Source of the DNA: Carcharhinus longimanus
Lineage: Eukaryota
Reading direction: 5' to 3'
Length of the DNA: 64,000 nt
Assembly (NCBI GenBank): GCA_030264375.1
Contig: JASCQW010000032.1
Coordinates: 59,874,691 to 59,938,690 of the forward strand
In this document: piece after piece, positions 63,311 through 64,000 of the stretch
How positions within the stretch are numbered: the first letter of the stretch is position 1
Layout: each line of letters opens with the position of its first letter
Translations under genes and position numbers: made by a program
The notes under the pieces: generated by a model
What the model was told of the DNA's origin: nothing
Seen by the model: only the letters and a program-made list of their open reading frames with translations
Database searches by the model: none

Positions 63311-64000
63311 TCTCACAATTTTAAAAATCAACTCAAAATTCACCTTTTTCAGTAATCCACTGATGATCCCGTCTATTGCCACCACAGCCTAATAGTCTCT
63401 ATTGTGAGGCAAATCTTTTTTATTGCCAATGAAGATCAAGTCCTTTAGTGGGGATTGAACACTTGACTTGCAGGTCGGTATATTGCCAACTGAGCCAGCA
63501 TGTAGTTGCAAGAATATATTCATATTGTATAACATTAAAAAAAGATTAAAGCATGGTTTTGACTGGAACACGTTGCCACAAAAAATGCACTTTTATCTGC
63601 GATTGAAAATTGCAGATTCGAGTCAGTAAAGAGGTCGACAGTTTTGATAACTCAGATATAACTATCTGCGTGATGCTAATTAATCACAATAGTAAAATTA
63701 TGTGGAAATATTAAACAGCAGCAACTCTGTTGGTGGCAACTAGCACCAGCACTTACCTTCAAAATCAATGGATTTAAAACTTTCCTAATATTCTATTTGA
63801 AATCTCTGCCTCACTTCCTTTCTTACTCCCTTTAAGTGGCAGCCTAGGAGAAGGCACAGTAGGCTGGGTGGTCAGGTGGGCACTGGGATGACGTGGGTAC
63901 AAAAGGTGCTATATATCAGGAANNNNNNNNNNTGGGTGTTCTCCCCTGGGTGCAGGCAGACACACAGCATGCAAGAGCTGCTCAATATTATCAACAAACC

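Overview
A vertebrate genomic window with N-gaps, most likely from a shark or other elasmobranch (HE1/V-SINE-like, DeuSINE-like and CR1/HER1-like repeats). It contains one host gene, engrailed-1 (en1), on the + strand. Exon 1 CDS is ~21237-21741 with the ATG hidden in an N-gap, followed by a 2754-bp phase-1 GT-AG intron and exon 2 at 24496-24815 (~274 aa, EH1-EH5 motifs). The gene sits in a ~26-kb almost transposon-free domain that retains CpGs and contains many CNE-like, homeodomain-site-rich blocks. Both flanks are filled with decayed mobile DNA: CR1, L2, Rex1/Babar, SINEs, Gypsy, PIF/Harbinger, pogo and Penelope-like. The most notable items are hammerhead-ribozyme cores in Penelope-like remnants, two LF-SINE-like copies, a cluster of tiny uORFs in the en1 leader, an intronic PBX/MEIS motif cluster, a perfect 18-bp hairpin and spliced Harbinger Myb/SANT fossils. 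I found no firm evidence for a wholly new gene system. Repeat family names come from my recall of consensus sequences, not from a database search, and repeat boundaries are approximate.
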